DNA of 54,517 bases, the filler included, from Jimgerdemannia flammicorona (lineage: Eukaryota): assembly GCA_003990765.1 (NCBI GenBank). It is 3 parts of 3 records of this genome, joined end to end, with 100 filler letters (N's around TTAATTAATTAA, not from the genome) between each part and the next. Parts side by side here need not be neighbours in the genome. Positions count along the whole stretch, not along the records: positions 18,210 to 36,313 come from RBNJ01002303.1; positions 36,414 to 54,517 come from RBNJ01002304.1; 1 more part is not named here. One strand, written 5' to 3'. A model generated the notes under the pieces. The model saw only the letters and a program-made list of their open reading frames with translations. It had not been told where the DNA came from and did no database searches. The position numbers were made by a program, and so were the translations under genes. Each line of letters begins with the position of its first letter. Position 1 is the stretch's first letter. Shown here one piece after another: positions 25,246 to 38,655 of this stretch.

Positions 25246-27034
25246 ATGAGTCCAACTGCTTGCGAACCCTTCCACAACGGCGTGCCATATATCCGTTGGA
25301 TTTATGTAAGAGCCCTCGTCACTTGACCATCCCTTGGCGTATACACATCTCTAACCATTATAATCTTTTCGTGTCCGAATAGTTCTTGTTTGGAGATTGC
25401 GTGTACGGATCCCATGAAGCAACGAGCCTGCTATTAGGTTGGTATGCCGGACGAACCTGCTTGCACTGGAGCCTCATTTCACACCAAGAGGACGTGGGAG
25501 TAAAATTCTCCAACACCCGATTCCTTATCATTAACGTGCTTTCTATGTTGGCACATAGGCTATACCTCGATATGTTGCTGGTTTAATGCACAGTTCCCGT
25601 ACGTCTTTATTTTATATCGCGACCGCCGTTTACCGATATTTTTGCGTTACTAATATGCGCTACCAACCAACCGTTTAGGCAAATTTACGAAAACTACAAG
25701 AATGGCTCGGTGGAGTCTCTCAGTCTGCCATTTCTGATCAACTGGATGTTGGGTGTGTCCATCGTTTCCGATCAATTGTTATTACACTTTTATTTTTCCA
25801 ATCAACGCGTCGGATAAACGTAGAAGATCATGATATTGTTATTAAATATAGCGTCTACTTTACACCCAAAGGCGACCTAACCAACCTCACTGGATGTCTA
25901 TTGACGAATCAACTACCGTTCCAGGTAAGAAACATCCTGCGCAACAACACTATATCATACTCCTGTGCATGAAACTTACCATTACTCTCTATCCACCGCG
26001 CTAGACCTACCTGGCGATATACTTCTGCATCGTCGACCTGATACTGATATGCCAGTATGTCTTCTACACTCATATAAGACCGCCACCCGATGTTGTCGTC
26101 GCGTACGAACCGGAGCGGATGCCACTGAACACGGGGGCGACGAATCTTGGCGGGATGCATTCCGCCAACAGGACCTACACGTTCCCGAGCGACAAGGGCG
26201 AGGAGACGCATAAGAGGAGGTAGGAATCGGTTTACTTGTTTGGTTTTTATGTCTTTAAAAGTTTGATCGTAGGGCGAGTCACACTTCGAAACTCATGGTG
26301 TTTTTGTTTTTTTTTTTTCATCACCCTAGTACATCAATCGTTTTCTTCGCGCTCCTCCTCTTCACCTTCAACGAGGTCCAGTCCCCGCAGCTTAGCTCGT
26401 CCGGATCCGCGGGCCACGTCACCCGTGCTTTGTTGGCCGCGCCATCCGAGGACGAACTGTGGTTGGGCCTGAACTCGCAAACCATAGGGAGGATCATGGC
26501 GTGGGCGTGTACGGTGTTATACCTGACAAGTAGGATGCCGCAGATCTGGAAAAATGTGGGTTTTTAGATGGTTTTGGGGTTTGGGTGCAGTATCTCTTTT
26601 CATTTTCGTCATTCTAACCATCCCCTCCCCTCTCCCCCTCCCAGTGGCGCCGCGGCTCAACGGATGGTCTTTCAATCGCGCTCTTTGTCTTCGCTGCCTT
26701 GGGAAACCTAACCTACACGGCTTCAATCTTCACGAATCCACGCGCGACACGAAAGTCGTTGCACGAGTCTCTGCCCTACATTCTCGGCGCCGCGGGTACC
26801 CTTGTCTTCGACCTCACCATCTACATTCAGTGGTGGTATTACCATCATTTGCACCGTCACAGCCGCCGCAGGGGCCACGACGCCCTGATCGAGGAGGCCG
26901 ACCCATTAATCGCTATGGAGCAGTCTAGGCCACCGTCGCCTGGGCCAGAGGGGTTGTTGGTGGTGGAGGGGGAGGAGGAGGAGGAGGATGAGGAGGCGGT
27001 GGTGGGGAGGATTAAGACACGAGGATCAATGTAG
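25246..27034 (+). CDS. PQ-loop repeat vacuolar/lysosomal cationic amino-acid transporter (Ypq1/PQLC2-like), multi-exon
   Basis: The spliced product reads MSPTACEP...FGDCVY...CWFNAQFPQIYENYK...WMLGDLTNLTGC...QLPFQ...LYLTSRMPQIWKN...GNLTYTASI...LPYILGAAGTLVFD. Two PQ motifs and canonical GT-AG introns. Confidence 0.9.
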
Positions 27035-27490
27035 GAATTATGGACTGACCTTTTGCGTTCGCTCGTTGGCGAATGAACGCGAATGAACCCTTTATGAATT
27101 TGGGGGGGTTTTTTTTTTTTTTCTTCTTTTTCTCCTCTTTTGTTAGAGCCAATTATGTAGATATATTAAGTGTTATTCTGTACATTGGTGACGTCTTTGG
27201 CATTGTTCATTTAACTCCCCCCATTGAACCATACCCGTTTGCCTGTTGGATATGAATGTAATCGAGTATATAATCGACTTGCGCTTAGGGTTCAAACGGC
27301 TCCCTGTTAAATCCCAACCATCTCATCACCACCGTTTATATCTTTTCACTTTTCATATCCTCGTTACACTTCCCAAAGCAAATAATTTTTATTGAGCGAA
27401 AAACAAGTCTCGACTCACAATCTCCCAACCCATATCCGTATCCAATGTCACTCTCCCGTTCAATTCGTCCCTCTCATTCTTTAGCTTCGC

Positions 27491-28956
27491 TCAGGGAGTC
27501 TCATCAATCCTGGCGACGAGCTTGACACCTGAGACCTTACCCGCGGCGAGCCTGGCGTGGCCCTCGGGGATGCCCGCGAGGCCGTTCGGCAGGACCTCAT
27601 AACGGTTAGGCCGGAGCACGCCGGCGGCAAGGAGCTCGCCGAGTTCTTCATAGAAGGAGACGCCGAATGAGTTGGCTTCCTCCCTGTGGCCGGGTTTGGT
27701 GAGGTAATGGGATGATGGGATGGTGTTAGATAAGTGCGACGCTCGAATACAACAAACTAACCACAAAAAAAAAAAAACATACCTATAAATCACGCCGGAT
27801 AACACATTGTGTACCTTAACTTTCGGATAACTTCCTGTGGGGGCGCCGGCGATAACGGCGAGGTGGGACTCATGTTCCTGATCGAGTGCCTGGGCGGCGA
27901 GATCGGCCGTGGCAGAGGAGATGGTGTCGTAAGCGTAGCGCAGGCGGCCACGCGTGATCTCGCGGATTTTGGTCACGGCCTCTGGGTCCGACCGGTCGAT
28001 CACCACGTCTGCGCCTAGTTCCTGCAGGTACGCGTGCTGGTGCGGGGACGCAGTCGTGATTACCGTGTAGCCAGAGAGTTTTGCTAACTGGATCGCATAA
28101 TTTCCTGTGCTGCTCGAGCCGCCCCAGATCTGTGAGGGGAGGGATGTTGTGTGAGTGGAGTAATGTATATAATATATATATTGTAGATATAAGGTTCGTA
28201 TACGTACGAGGAGGTATTCGGGGCGGAAGAAGGACTGATGCTCGCGCGGGCGGGGAAGCTTGAGAAGGTGGTAGAACGCGACGGCAGAGGTGAGCGTGCC
28301 CAAGCCAATGGTCGAGGCCTCCTCAAAGGAGAGGTTCGGGGGGATCTGTCGATCGAGGCGGAACGGGTTACAAAATGCCAACCATAATCTGCAGCGCTAT
28401 TTGTGATATGCGAGGTACGGAAAGACAGTACCTTGGCTGATAGGTTTTCGACGAGCAACGAGTACTCAGCGTAGGTGCCGTAGTTAAGTGAGCCGACCTG
28501 TGATGGTTGGGAATTAGCCTTTTGCTTTTGCTTTTTTTTTTTTTTTTCCCGTTCAAAAGTTTCGTGCAAGATGACAATGCCAAAGACAAACGACAAGTAC
28601 CCCGGCGAACGCGAACACTTTATCTCCTGGCTTGAGATTCTTCACATCGGGGCCCACAGCCTCGACGACACCCGCGGTGTCAGCACCGACGACGAATGGC
28701 CACTGGGGCACGGCGAAGTTGTATTTGATCTAGGGGCGACGATCACGACTGTGAGCCGCCAGTTTCACACCTAACCCAGTATCACCAACACAAATCCAAG
28801 GGAGCCGAATCCCTCTCTCACCTGCTTCCAGTCGACGGGGTTTAGCGCAACGACCTTGTTCTTGACGAGGATCTCGTTGCCCTTGGGCACGGGCTTCTCC
28901 CACTCGCCGATCTGGAGCTCGCCGCCGGCCTTATGCGCGATGAGGGCCTTGACCAT
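27491..28956 (-). CDS. MDR-family NAD(P)H oxidoreductase (enoyl-reductase-like, ToxD/YLR460C-type), copy 1
   Basis: VALNPVDWK, VGADTAGVV, IWGGSSSTGNYAIQLA and GKVSGVKLV motifs. Five GT-AG introns splice to an open frame. Confidence 0.92.
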
Positions 28957-29962
28957 GTTTTCCTTACGAGTGATGTATATACGGGGTGTGAAGGGGTGTT
29001 TGTTACGAAAACTGATGTGGAGCGAACACTAGGAGACGCGTCGTTCTTTATAACCTGGATGTGGCTGCCAATATCTACATACTCCAGAAACGGTAGCGCA
29101 CATTCGAGAGATGACGTACGTCAGGGACCCTGTCGACTCCGAATCTCTAGTTTGATGGCGACTTGTGCAACGGATATGTCGAGATTGTCAGCAAATCGTT
29201 GCAAGGTAATTACGTATGCTCTCATTTTCCTGGTAGTCTAGTTTTTGAGCGAAATTAGTCAGCTACCAGGTTACAAATGTCAAGATTAGAAATCGGTCAC
29301 AAATGTCAAGATTCGAAACCTTGTCCAAGATCAAAAAAGACTGACATCTGTATAACAGAACGTGATTTCATACAAATCAAGAATATCTCCGACAATGATA
29401 CTACTTGGTTACTGATACATAGATACATAATTAGTTCAAATATAATCGGTCAAATCTATGATATGTAATACCTTTATTATTAATATCTAAACAAGCTCTT
29501 TACTTTGCTAAAATGCTATCAGTATATTATTTAATATTATAATCACTCACTTTTAACTTTTAATTATATTATAATAAAGAATTATTCAAATATTGTTTAA
29601 TTTGATTATATTATATCTTTTAGTATTATAGTATATTTAAAAGATATCTTCTATTTTTAAATATATCTTTATTTTTACCCTTCTTTACTTCTTCAATATA
29701 CTTTATTATATTTTTTATTTATTAATCTGTTATCAAATATCTATCTGATCTCAAATTAAGTAACTAGAGCTTTTTAATAAAAAAGATATTATATTTTAGA
29801 ATTTAGTAATTTATAACTACTTAGAATAATATTATAATTATACTTTCTTTTATAATAATTAACTAAAATTATTTTTAAGCTTAAATATTAATAAATTTTA
29901 ATAAAGTATTATTATTATTATAATATATATTATATATTTATAATTAAAGAATATAATAAATC

Positions 29963-30113
29963 AGAGAGAAGGCTCCTTGTGGGATTGGGTGAGGGTACAT
30001 TTGTACATCTGTATTAGTATATGTAACATAGAATGGAGGGTAATAAAGTGGAAGTCCAAGTGACTAAAAAAAAAAAAAAAAAAAAAAAACAAAAGGGAAA
30101 AAAAAGAAAAAAG

Positions 30114-30147
<34 letters not shown>
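29963..30147 (+). mobile_element. Severely 5'-truncated LINE 3' end with poly(A)
   Basis: GTAATAAAGTGGAAGTCCAAGTGACTA-poly(A) matches the LINE B 3' end (GTAATAAAGGGCAGTCCAAGAGACTAT). The 15-bp TSD AGAATATAATAAATC is at 29948-29962 and 30148-30162. Confidence 0.85.
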
Positions 30148-30151
<4 letters not shown>

Positions 30152-30356
30152 TATAATAAATCTAGTATAACATAGATATATTGCACTAAGCTGGGGCATC
30201 TCAAATCCAAAAGATCTTTGCAAATAATTTGTTGAACCAAACAAATCTTGACTCGCACAGCTTCCCAACCCATATAATATTTGTATCTGTATCCAATGTT
30301 CTTCTCTCGCTCAAGCCTCTTGTTCCTCCCACCCTGCCTCAATTCTTTAGTTTTGC

Positions 30357-31075
30357 TCAGGGAGTCTCATCAGTCCTGGCGGCGAGCTTGACACCTGAGA
30401 CTTTTCCCGCAGCGAGCTTGGCGTGGCCCTCAGGGATGCCCGCGAGGCCGTTCATAACGGTTAGGCCGGAACACGCCGGCGACAAGGAACTCGCCGAGTT
30501 CTTCATAGAAGGAGACGCTGAATGAATTGGCTTCCTCCCTGCGGCCGGTTGTTTAGTAAGGTGATAGGATGATTGGATAAGTGCGACTCTCGAATATAAA
30601 GTTTTTTTTTTTTCATTTTTTTTTTTTTTTTTAGTAAAAAAAATTCCTTAGCCATTTTTTCTTTTATTTTTTTTTTTTCATTTTTTTTTTTTTTTTCAGT
30701 AATACAAATTCCTAAGCCATTTATACATTAATATATTTTTATTGGTAATATACAACAACAACAACAACAACAAAAATACTCATAAATCACGCCGGATGAC
30801 ACATTGTGCACCTTAGCTTTCGGATAACTCCCTGTGGGGCCGCCGGCGATAATAACGAGGTGGGACTCATGTTCCTGATCGAGTGCCTGGACGGCGAGAT
30901 CGGCCGTAGCGGAGACGGTATCGTAGGCGTAGCGCAGGCGATCTCGCGGATCTTGGTCACGGCCTCCGGGTCCGACACCACGTCTATGCAGGTATATACG
31001 CGTGATGGTGCGGGGACGCCGTCGTGATTACGGTGTAGCCGAAGAGTTTGGCTAACTGAATGGCATAGCTTCCCT
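30357..31075 (-). pseudogene. Truncated pseudogene copy of the MDR oxidoreductase
   Basis: Only the 3' half is present. There is an 11-nt deletion near 30453 (GGCAGGACCTC missing) and further deletions, and the 5' exons are lost. Confidence 0.9.
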
Positions 31076-32370
31076 GGCGGTCTCTTCTTTTCGCAAGCGG
31101 AATGAAATCGGTTACAAAATGTCAAGATTAGATTAGAAATTAAAAACCCTATATCTCGTCCAAGAACGTCAGGGATTTGAACATACTTCATATTTCAGAC
31201 AACAAAGATATAATTTGGCTACTGATAAAATATTTCAAATATAATCAGTTAAATATATTCTTGATCTTTGCTGTTAACATCAGAACAGGTTTATTATATT
31301 TTTAGTAGCTTATATATTATTGTAGCCAAGTATTACTTAATTATATATTATAAAGGAAATAAAAAAGAATATAATAAAGTATAAATATAACAGTTTTATT
31401 TTTATTTCTCAAATCTAAACATATCCATCAATTTATTATCTCATTTATAGTATTATTATAGTAATAAACTTTAACAATAATAATGATAATAAAATTAAAT
31501 ACATTATTTTAAATATAAAATTTATTATAATAGTTGATTTTTAATTTAAACTAAACAATTAAAAACAATATATTGATTATTTTATTTTAAACTATATTTA
31601 GAAGTATAAAAATTCAATTTATAATAATAGAATATAAATATTAAATATAATAAATTTGTTAAAATTATAAAAATACTTACTAAAATATAAAGTTATTAAA
31701 TTATTTATTATAATAAAATTTAATTTAATTAATCAACTATAACTTTAAGTTTCTATTAAATATATAGCTATTTATACTAATATAAAACTTAATTATACTT
31801 TTTATTTATAAATAATTAATATAAAAAAATAATAAGATTTTTTTTATTTATTTATAAAAAACTTACAATTTTATAAAATTTAATTGTAAATATAATCCTT
31901 ATAGTTAAATTTATTTAATAAAAAATAGTATTATAAATATTTTAGTAAACTATTTGAAAATAAATATCAATATCAATATAAAGTTATATAATAATAATAT
32001 TATTATTATTAGTAATAGTAGTATTAAATATTAAATTATTTATTTATTTATCTATTATTATTTAACATTTATACTTTATTATAATTATATTAGTAATTTA
32101 ATAATATTATATAATTTACTATTACATATAATTTAAAGTTTATAATAAATCTCTTAACAGTAGGGTTAAGTTTCTCTTTTTTTAAAAATATATATAAGCT
32201 CAATATTCTGATGATGAAGCTAAGCCAAGGTTTCATGTTCCATTTTAAATCCAAAACAATTTATTGAACTAGAAGCAAAGCTTGACTACAATATTTGTAT
32301 ACGTATCCAATGCCCCTCTCCCGCTCAAGCCTCTTGTCCCTCCCACCCTGCCTCAATCATTTAGCTTCGC

Positions 32371-33888
32371 TCAGGGAGTCTCCTCCACTCTGACGACGAG
32401 TTTGACACCCGAGACCTTGCCCGCGGCGAGCCTGGCGTGGCCCTCGGGGATTCCTGCGAGGCCGTTTGGCAGGACCTCATAACGGTTAGGTCGGAGCACG
32501 CCGGCGGTCAGGAGCTCGCCGAGTTCTTCGTAGAAGGAGATGCCGAATGAGTTACCTTCCTCCCTGCAGCCGGTTGTGATAGGATGATAGGGTGGTGTTA
32601 GATAAGGGCGACGCTCCAACACAGCAAACTAACCACATCAAAAAAAAAAAAGTCGCACTTATAAATCACGCCGGTGGACACACTGTGCACCTTAACTTTC
32701 GGGTAGCTCCCTGTGGGGGCGCCGGCGATAACGGCGAGGTGGGATTCACGTTCCTGGTCGAGTGCCTGGGCGGCGAGATCGGCCGTGGCAGAGGAGACGG
32801 TGTCGTAGGCGTAGCGCAGGCGGCCACGCGTGATCTCGCGGATTTTGGTCACGGCCTCTGGGTCCGACCTGTCAATCACCACGTCCGCGCCTAGTTCCTG
32901 CAGGTACGCGTGCTGGTGCGGGGACGCCGTCGTGATTACGGTGTAGCCGGAGAGTTTGGCTAGCTGGATCGCATAATTTCCTGTGCTGCTCGAGCCGCCC
33001 CAGATCTGTGAGGGGGGATAGGGATGTTGTGTGAGTGGAGTAATGTATATAATATATAATATATATTGTAGACATGAGGTTCGCATACGTACGAGGAAGT
33101 ATTCGGGACGGAAGAAGGACTGATGCTCGCGCGGGCGGGAAAGCTTGAACTCGTGGTAGAGCACGACGGCGGAGGTGAGCGTGCCCAAGCCAATGGTCGC
33201 GGCCTCCTCAAAGGAGAGGTTCGGGGGGATCTGTCGATCGAGGCGAGTGGGAAGGGGAGAGAAGGGGTTGCAAAATGTTAACCACAATCCGCAGCGCTCT
33301 ATGTGTGTTATGGAAAAGACAGTACCTTGGCAGATAGGTTGCCGACGAGCAACGAATACTCAGCGTAGGTGCCGTAGTTAGGCACGCCAATCTGTGACAT
33401 GGTTGGGAATTAGCTTTTTTTTCCCCGTTCAAAAGTTCTGTGCAAGATGACAATGCCAAAAACAAACGACAAGTACCTTGGCATACGAGAACACTCTATC
33501 TCCCGGCTTGAGGTTCTTCACATCGGGACCCACGGCCTCAACGACGCCCGCGGTGTCGGCGCCGACGACGAACGGCCACTGGGGCACGGCATAGTTGTAT
33601 TTGATCTAGGGGCGACGGCAACGTTAGGATCACGGCTGTGAGTAGCCAGTTTCACAGACAGACACTCGAGTGGGACCTTCCATCCCATCCCCACCTCCAA
33701 CAACCGTCTCGGCATCGCCAACACGAACCCAAGGGACCGAACCCCTGTCTCACCTGCTTCCAGTCGACAGGGTTTAGCGCGACGACCTTGTTCTTGATGA
33801 GGATCTCGTTGCCCTTGGGCACGGGCTTTTCCCACTCGCCGACCTGGAACTCGCCGCCGACCTTATGCGCGATGAGTGCCTTGACCAT
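32371..33888 (-). CDS. MDR-family NAD(P)H oxidoreductase, copy 2 (intact paralog)
   Basis: Same intron positions and motifs as 27491-28956, MVKALIAHK...VEETP*, with no frameshift seen. Confidence 0.9.
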
Positions 33889-34723
33889 ATTTTCCTTACG
33901 AGTGATGTATGGGGTATGAAGGGGTGTTACGAGAACTGATGTCAAGGGACGCGCCGTTATAGCTTGGACGTGACTGCCAACCCCTAACTCATGACAAATC
34001 CATCAGCAGACTGAGATGACGCACTCAAGGACCCTGATTTTGGGTGAACGAATCTCTCGTGGTTGGGCTAATAATAGCTCCCTTTTTTTTTTTTTTTTTT
34101 TTCGCGAGCAAAACTAGCCTATAATGTAAGGAATTTCATCTTCAAGATATCTAAGATATCTTCGCCACCAATACATATTTCCAAAATAAATCTAGTACTA
34201 TATAATCTTAATTTTAAAATTAAGGATACAGTTCAAAATTCCCAGGTCATGAGCAGCTACAGAAACAGGGTATTGATTTTTTACTGAATATTTTCATAAA
34301 TATATAATTTGTAATAAATTAAGATTATTACAAGTTAAGTTTTATAATATCTTGCTTCACCTCTCTACTCATTCCAATACTCAGTTAGCTAGTGTATCTA
34401 ACATATCTTATCTTATTACTCATTCTATATAATCTTAGTTGATTAGTATATTTAGGCTCAGAGAGAAAAAAAAAAAAAATGAGAGATATCTCAAGGTTTA
34501 GAATTCTTCACAATTAGTTTATATTGACTCTTTATACTAGCTTATTGTATATTTTTTAGTCTTTTTAGAGAGAGGAGAGCTTTGTTCTATTGCTTTTTTA
34601 GATATTTTATCTTATTACTTATTTTAATATATCTCACCTTACTACTCATTCTAATGCATTTTGCTTTATCACTTATTCTAATACTTTATCTTACTATTTC
34701 TTATCTCATCACTTATTCTAATA

Positions 34724-34726
<3 letters not shown>

Positions 34727-34762
<36 letters not shown>

Positions 34763-34768
34763 TTTTTT

Positions 34769-34814
<46 letters not shown>

Positions 34815-35983
34815 GACTCAATGTCCCACAGATTTTTATTGGAAGGGAACCTAGACTATATAGGCCAAAACCCTCTCCCACCACCCATCAAGCACTGCCC
34901 CCCCATTAACCTAGGCTAGCTATTATCTAGCAGCTCAACTATACCAGATGCAGTAGGGCCTATGACAGTTCATACCTTATTCTATATACCATACTCTCCC
35001 TATCACTAGGGGAAACCCAGCCATATGCCAATGACTGAAAGCACATGCCCAAGAACCCAATGTATATACAAGGCTATGCCCAAGCCAAATAGAATAGCCT
35101 CTACCACCCCAAAGAGAATGACAGACAAAGAAAAACCCTTATCAAAGCATAATATGATAGGTAGGGCCTGGTTCTCCCAGTTGAGGTAAGTAAAGAACTT
35201 ACACATGAGATGGGAGGAGACCCCCAATACCCCACTACTCAAGCCTATGGGCCTTGATCACATTGCTATATCAGCTCCCAGTTTCAGTTGAGTGTAGCCA
35301 AGATGTCTGAAATAGTAGCCTCAGGCCCTCTGACCCCCTCTGATGACCAGGGCCTAATCCACCAATTTATCAAAAGAAGCTGAGAGTGTCACCTACTACC
35401 TAACCACACTGTACCAATCAAAAGGCCCCACCAAAGTAGCACCTGCCTCAGCCCTGATGACCACCCCCAGCCTGGCACCCTACTGGTCCACTATAATTAC
35501 TCTTCCTCCTATCTGTGATGGCCATCTCTCCTCCCATCCTGACAACACCTAAAAAACAGTCACCTATACCAGAACCGTGCTCGCCAGAAAGCTTGCCAAA
35601 GCCAGAGGGCCCCACCACAGGCACCAAATACCTGCAAGTAACCTATACTGAGTACTTGATGCCCAAGGTTGGCTGACTCCCTATGTAGCCTAAGACACAC
35701 CAAGACAGCACCTTGTTGGTGACAGCAAAAGAAAGAAGATACTGCACCAAAACAGATACACTCCAGACATAGCTGAAGGCACTAGAAACCATGAAAAAGT
35801 AGAGAAGACACTGATCCAACACTAATAAAGGAGCAACTCATCACCATTGCCTCTCTCTCACTACTCTGCAACAGATACAGCAAACCAACCCAAGGTAGAG
35901 GGGGTAATAATTGTGAAAAGTAGACTCGGAAGGTCATCTACCAAACCATTGTGACTGGTAAGGTAGCAGAGAAAGGGGCTGGT
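34727..35983 (-). mobile_element. Non-autonomous poly(A) retroposon, copy 2, subfamily B, apparently full length
   Basis: Long poly-T followed by AATAGACTCAATG and a minus-strand AATAAA. Colinear with the reverse complement of 53324-54390. A possible TSD TTCTAATATCT (34716-34726, 35990-36000) lies in repetitive flanks. Confidence 0.88.
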
Positions 35984-36131
35984 ATCTGCTTCTAATATCT
36001 CATCTTACTACTCATTTTAATACTATACTTTATTATACTTTCTAATATATTCTATTGCTCATTTTATTACTCTATAGAGCTTTTTTATTAATATTTAAAG
36101 AGTAGCTCTATTAGTGCTGATACTTTTATCT

Positions 36132-36133
<2 letters not shown>

Positions 36134-36204
<71 letters not shown>

Positions 36205-36290
36205 GATTCAGATTCCTGCATATTTTTATTTAAAGAGAACCTAGACTATATAGACCAAATTTCTCCCCCACCACCCATTAAGTACTGTTC
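36134..36290 (-). mobile_element. 3' fragment of the same retroposon (copy 3)
   Basis: Poly-T, then ATAGATTCAG...TTTTTATT...GAACCTAGACTATATAGACCAAA, as in copies 1 and 2. Confidence 0.85.
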
Positions 36291-36313
36291 TTTTTTTTTT
36301 TTTTGTTTTGCTA

Positions 36314-36413
36314 NNNNNNNNNNNNNNNNNNNNNNNNNNNNNNNNNNNNNNNNNNNNTTAATTAATTAANNNNNNNNNNNNNNNNNNNNNNNNNNNNNNN
36401 NNNNNNNNNNNNN
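36314..36413. other. Artificial contig linker
   Basis: N44 + TTAATTAATTAA + N44. Confidence 0.98.
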
Positions 36414-36443
<30 letters not shown>

Positions 36444-36445
<2 letters not shown>

Positions 36446-37356
36446 AATAGTCTCCCAAACTCCAAACAAAGGCCTAAGATAAAGAAAAACCCTCCAACTA
36501 GCCAATATAAAACAGAATAGATTCAGAGCAGATGAGTAAAGGACTTATATATAGAATCTTCTCAAAAAGACTAATATATAAACTAAGGCTTAAAAAAGTC
36601 CTACTCTTACTCTCTAAGTCTATAAGCCTTGATCATATTGCTATATCAGCTCCCAGTTCCAATCAGATATTGCCAAATGAGAGAGATCTCACTTCTCAAG
36701 TCTGCAGGCCTCAATTGTATTATTGTATCAGCCTTTGGTTCTAGTTAGATATAGTCAAGATATCAATTCCTATACTACTCCACCCTCTATCAGTCAATCA
36801 AAAGACCCTATCAAGATAACACCTACTCTAACCCTAATAATTACTCCAGCCTAACACCCTACTGATCTACCATTATCACTCTTCTACCTATTTATGATGA
36901 TCATCTCTCCTCCCATCCTAATACCACCCAAAAAGCAGTCACCTACACCAGAACTATACTTACCAGAAAGCTTATCAAAGCTCAGAGAACTTTACTACAA
37001 ATACTGAAAACCTGCAGATAACCTACACTGGTATTTAATACCCAAGGTTGGCTGACTTCATATGCAGCTAATAATATACTAGACAATACCATATTGATAA
37101 TGACAAAAGGAAGAAAGCATTGTATTAAAACAGATATACTCCAGATGCAGCTGAAGGCACCAGAATCCATGAAAGAGTAGAGAAGACACTGATCTGACAC
37201 TGATAAAGGGACAACTCATCACCATTGTCTCCCTCCCACCATGCCCTTGCAGACACAACAAACTAACCCAAGATAGAGGGGTAATAATAGAGGAAAAGAG
37301 ACTCAGAAGGTTGCCTACCAAACCTTGTGACCAGTAAGGTAGTGGAGAAAAGAGGA
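36444..37356 (-). mobile_element. Non-autonomous retroposon, copy 4, subfamily A; 3' part cut by the contig start
   Basis: Colinear with 12685-13607, including the internal ~80-bp tandem duplication. Confidence 0.88.
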
Positions 37357-37399
37357 ACAACTTTATCTATATGACCGTAGCAGTGGATTATTGCATTCT

Positions 37400-38150
37400 T
37401 GTCCTTTACATTGTACAAAACGTGCACTACCTCAAAATGCCCATCGCTTGCTTCTACAAAAGTCAGTTAGGTTCGTTGCTCTGACTCCCAGCTGGCAAGA
37501 AGTTGAGAAGGAACATGGCTATTGTATTCGGACGATTCTTGGTAAAGGCAATGGCTTGCTTGGCGCTTTTCATTATTTCTGCATCGGTAGCTAAGTTCAC
37601 TTTGCATTCGATTCCCAAAAATCGCACTTCTTTTCAGAGGTTTCTATCGTCCTAATCTCGCGATAAAGGCGGGTATCGCTGTGCGCATCAAAGCGTATAT
37701 TCTCCTTGGATCATGGCTTTGGCGACAGAATGTGCATTGACAGCAAGGTGGTCGTAGATCGTTTGGCGAATGAGGAGATAACTTTTTGGAGAAAATCTTC
37801 TGAATCGCCAATGTTTCCGAATCTCTGGATGCCACCTCTGTCAGTATTCATCTGTAGCAAGTCGAAGAGAATTAGAGGTAAAGATGTACTCATCGGAATC
37901 CTCTTTTTGCTTAATGATGCCAAGACCTCGGAGATAGATAGGTGCGTCATTATCTTCGATCTGGAAATTTCGTTAGGGAGCCGGAGTAGAGAAAATTCTC
38001 CAAACGTTTCTCTGCGTTAGTCATCAAGGGAGTCGTGGTGCGATTATCGGGGCTCAAGCGACTGCAGATATGAGTAACTGCTTCAAGTTTCTCCATTGTT
38101 CGTGAGCGAGTGCAAGGATAATACGACTTGAATTTGTTGCGGGACGTCTC
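37400..38150 (-). pseudogene. Decayed fragment resembling a Crinkler-type NTPase/restriction-endonuclease-fold gene
   Basis: Broken frames read IYLRGLGIIKQKEDSDEYIFTS and ILGIECKVNL...AKQAIAF...MFLLNF (ExK...Q pattern of the PD-(D/E)xK fold), with stops and frameshifts. Confidence 0.35.
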
Positions 38151-38655
38151 GTTGAGACCACATCACAAAATACCAACTGGTACCAGTACCATACATTGAG
38201 TACATTTAAGTATATATACCCTAAGTAGCCAGATGATCTTGACTCTGTTTTTTTTTTTTTATTCTTCTTTCTATACCACAGACAGAAAATGTTACTGCTG
38301 AACTTCAAACTCTTAGATCAGATCGAAGGAACAAAGCATCGGTGATGTCATCTAATACATCTGTGAGACAGGCTATATAGCCTTTTATTTAATTTGGATT
38401 GGTTTGGAATATTGTTTATTCGTGCACAGCCGCAAAAGTTGTTCGCGAGGAGTTGCACGAAGAGATTGGTTGCACCCATTGGAAAGGTTTCGTGCGCATA
38501 CCCATATAAGATTCACGGTAAATTCGTTACTCATAGTTCAAGTAGCATTTATGAAGGTGCAATTAGATGTAAACTTTAACCCAGACATTGAATGGAAGAT
38601 CGGCTATAACTGTACAATTTTATAAATTGTTGATCGCTTAGATATCCAGTTAGAC

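Noticed and set aside
30601..30720. Tandem duplication of a poly-T-rich unit in the pseudogene intron
   Set aside because: The first unit looks like a homopolymer-corrupted version of the second, so it is probably an assembly artefact.
35338..35380. CTGATGA followed by a hairpin, suggesting a hammerhead ribozyme in the retroposon
   Set aside because: There is no GAAA after the stem, it is antisense to the element, and the second CTGATGA is a CpG-decay product (CCGATGA in copy 5).
34380..36116. Degenerate ~26-bp repeats ending in TAGTG, suggesting a CACTA element or a CRISPR-like array
   Set aside because: No matching 5' CACTA TIR was found, there are no unique spacers, and the context is eukaryotic. 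It is treated as a decayed minisatellite.
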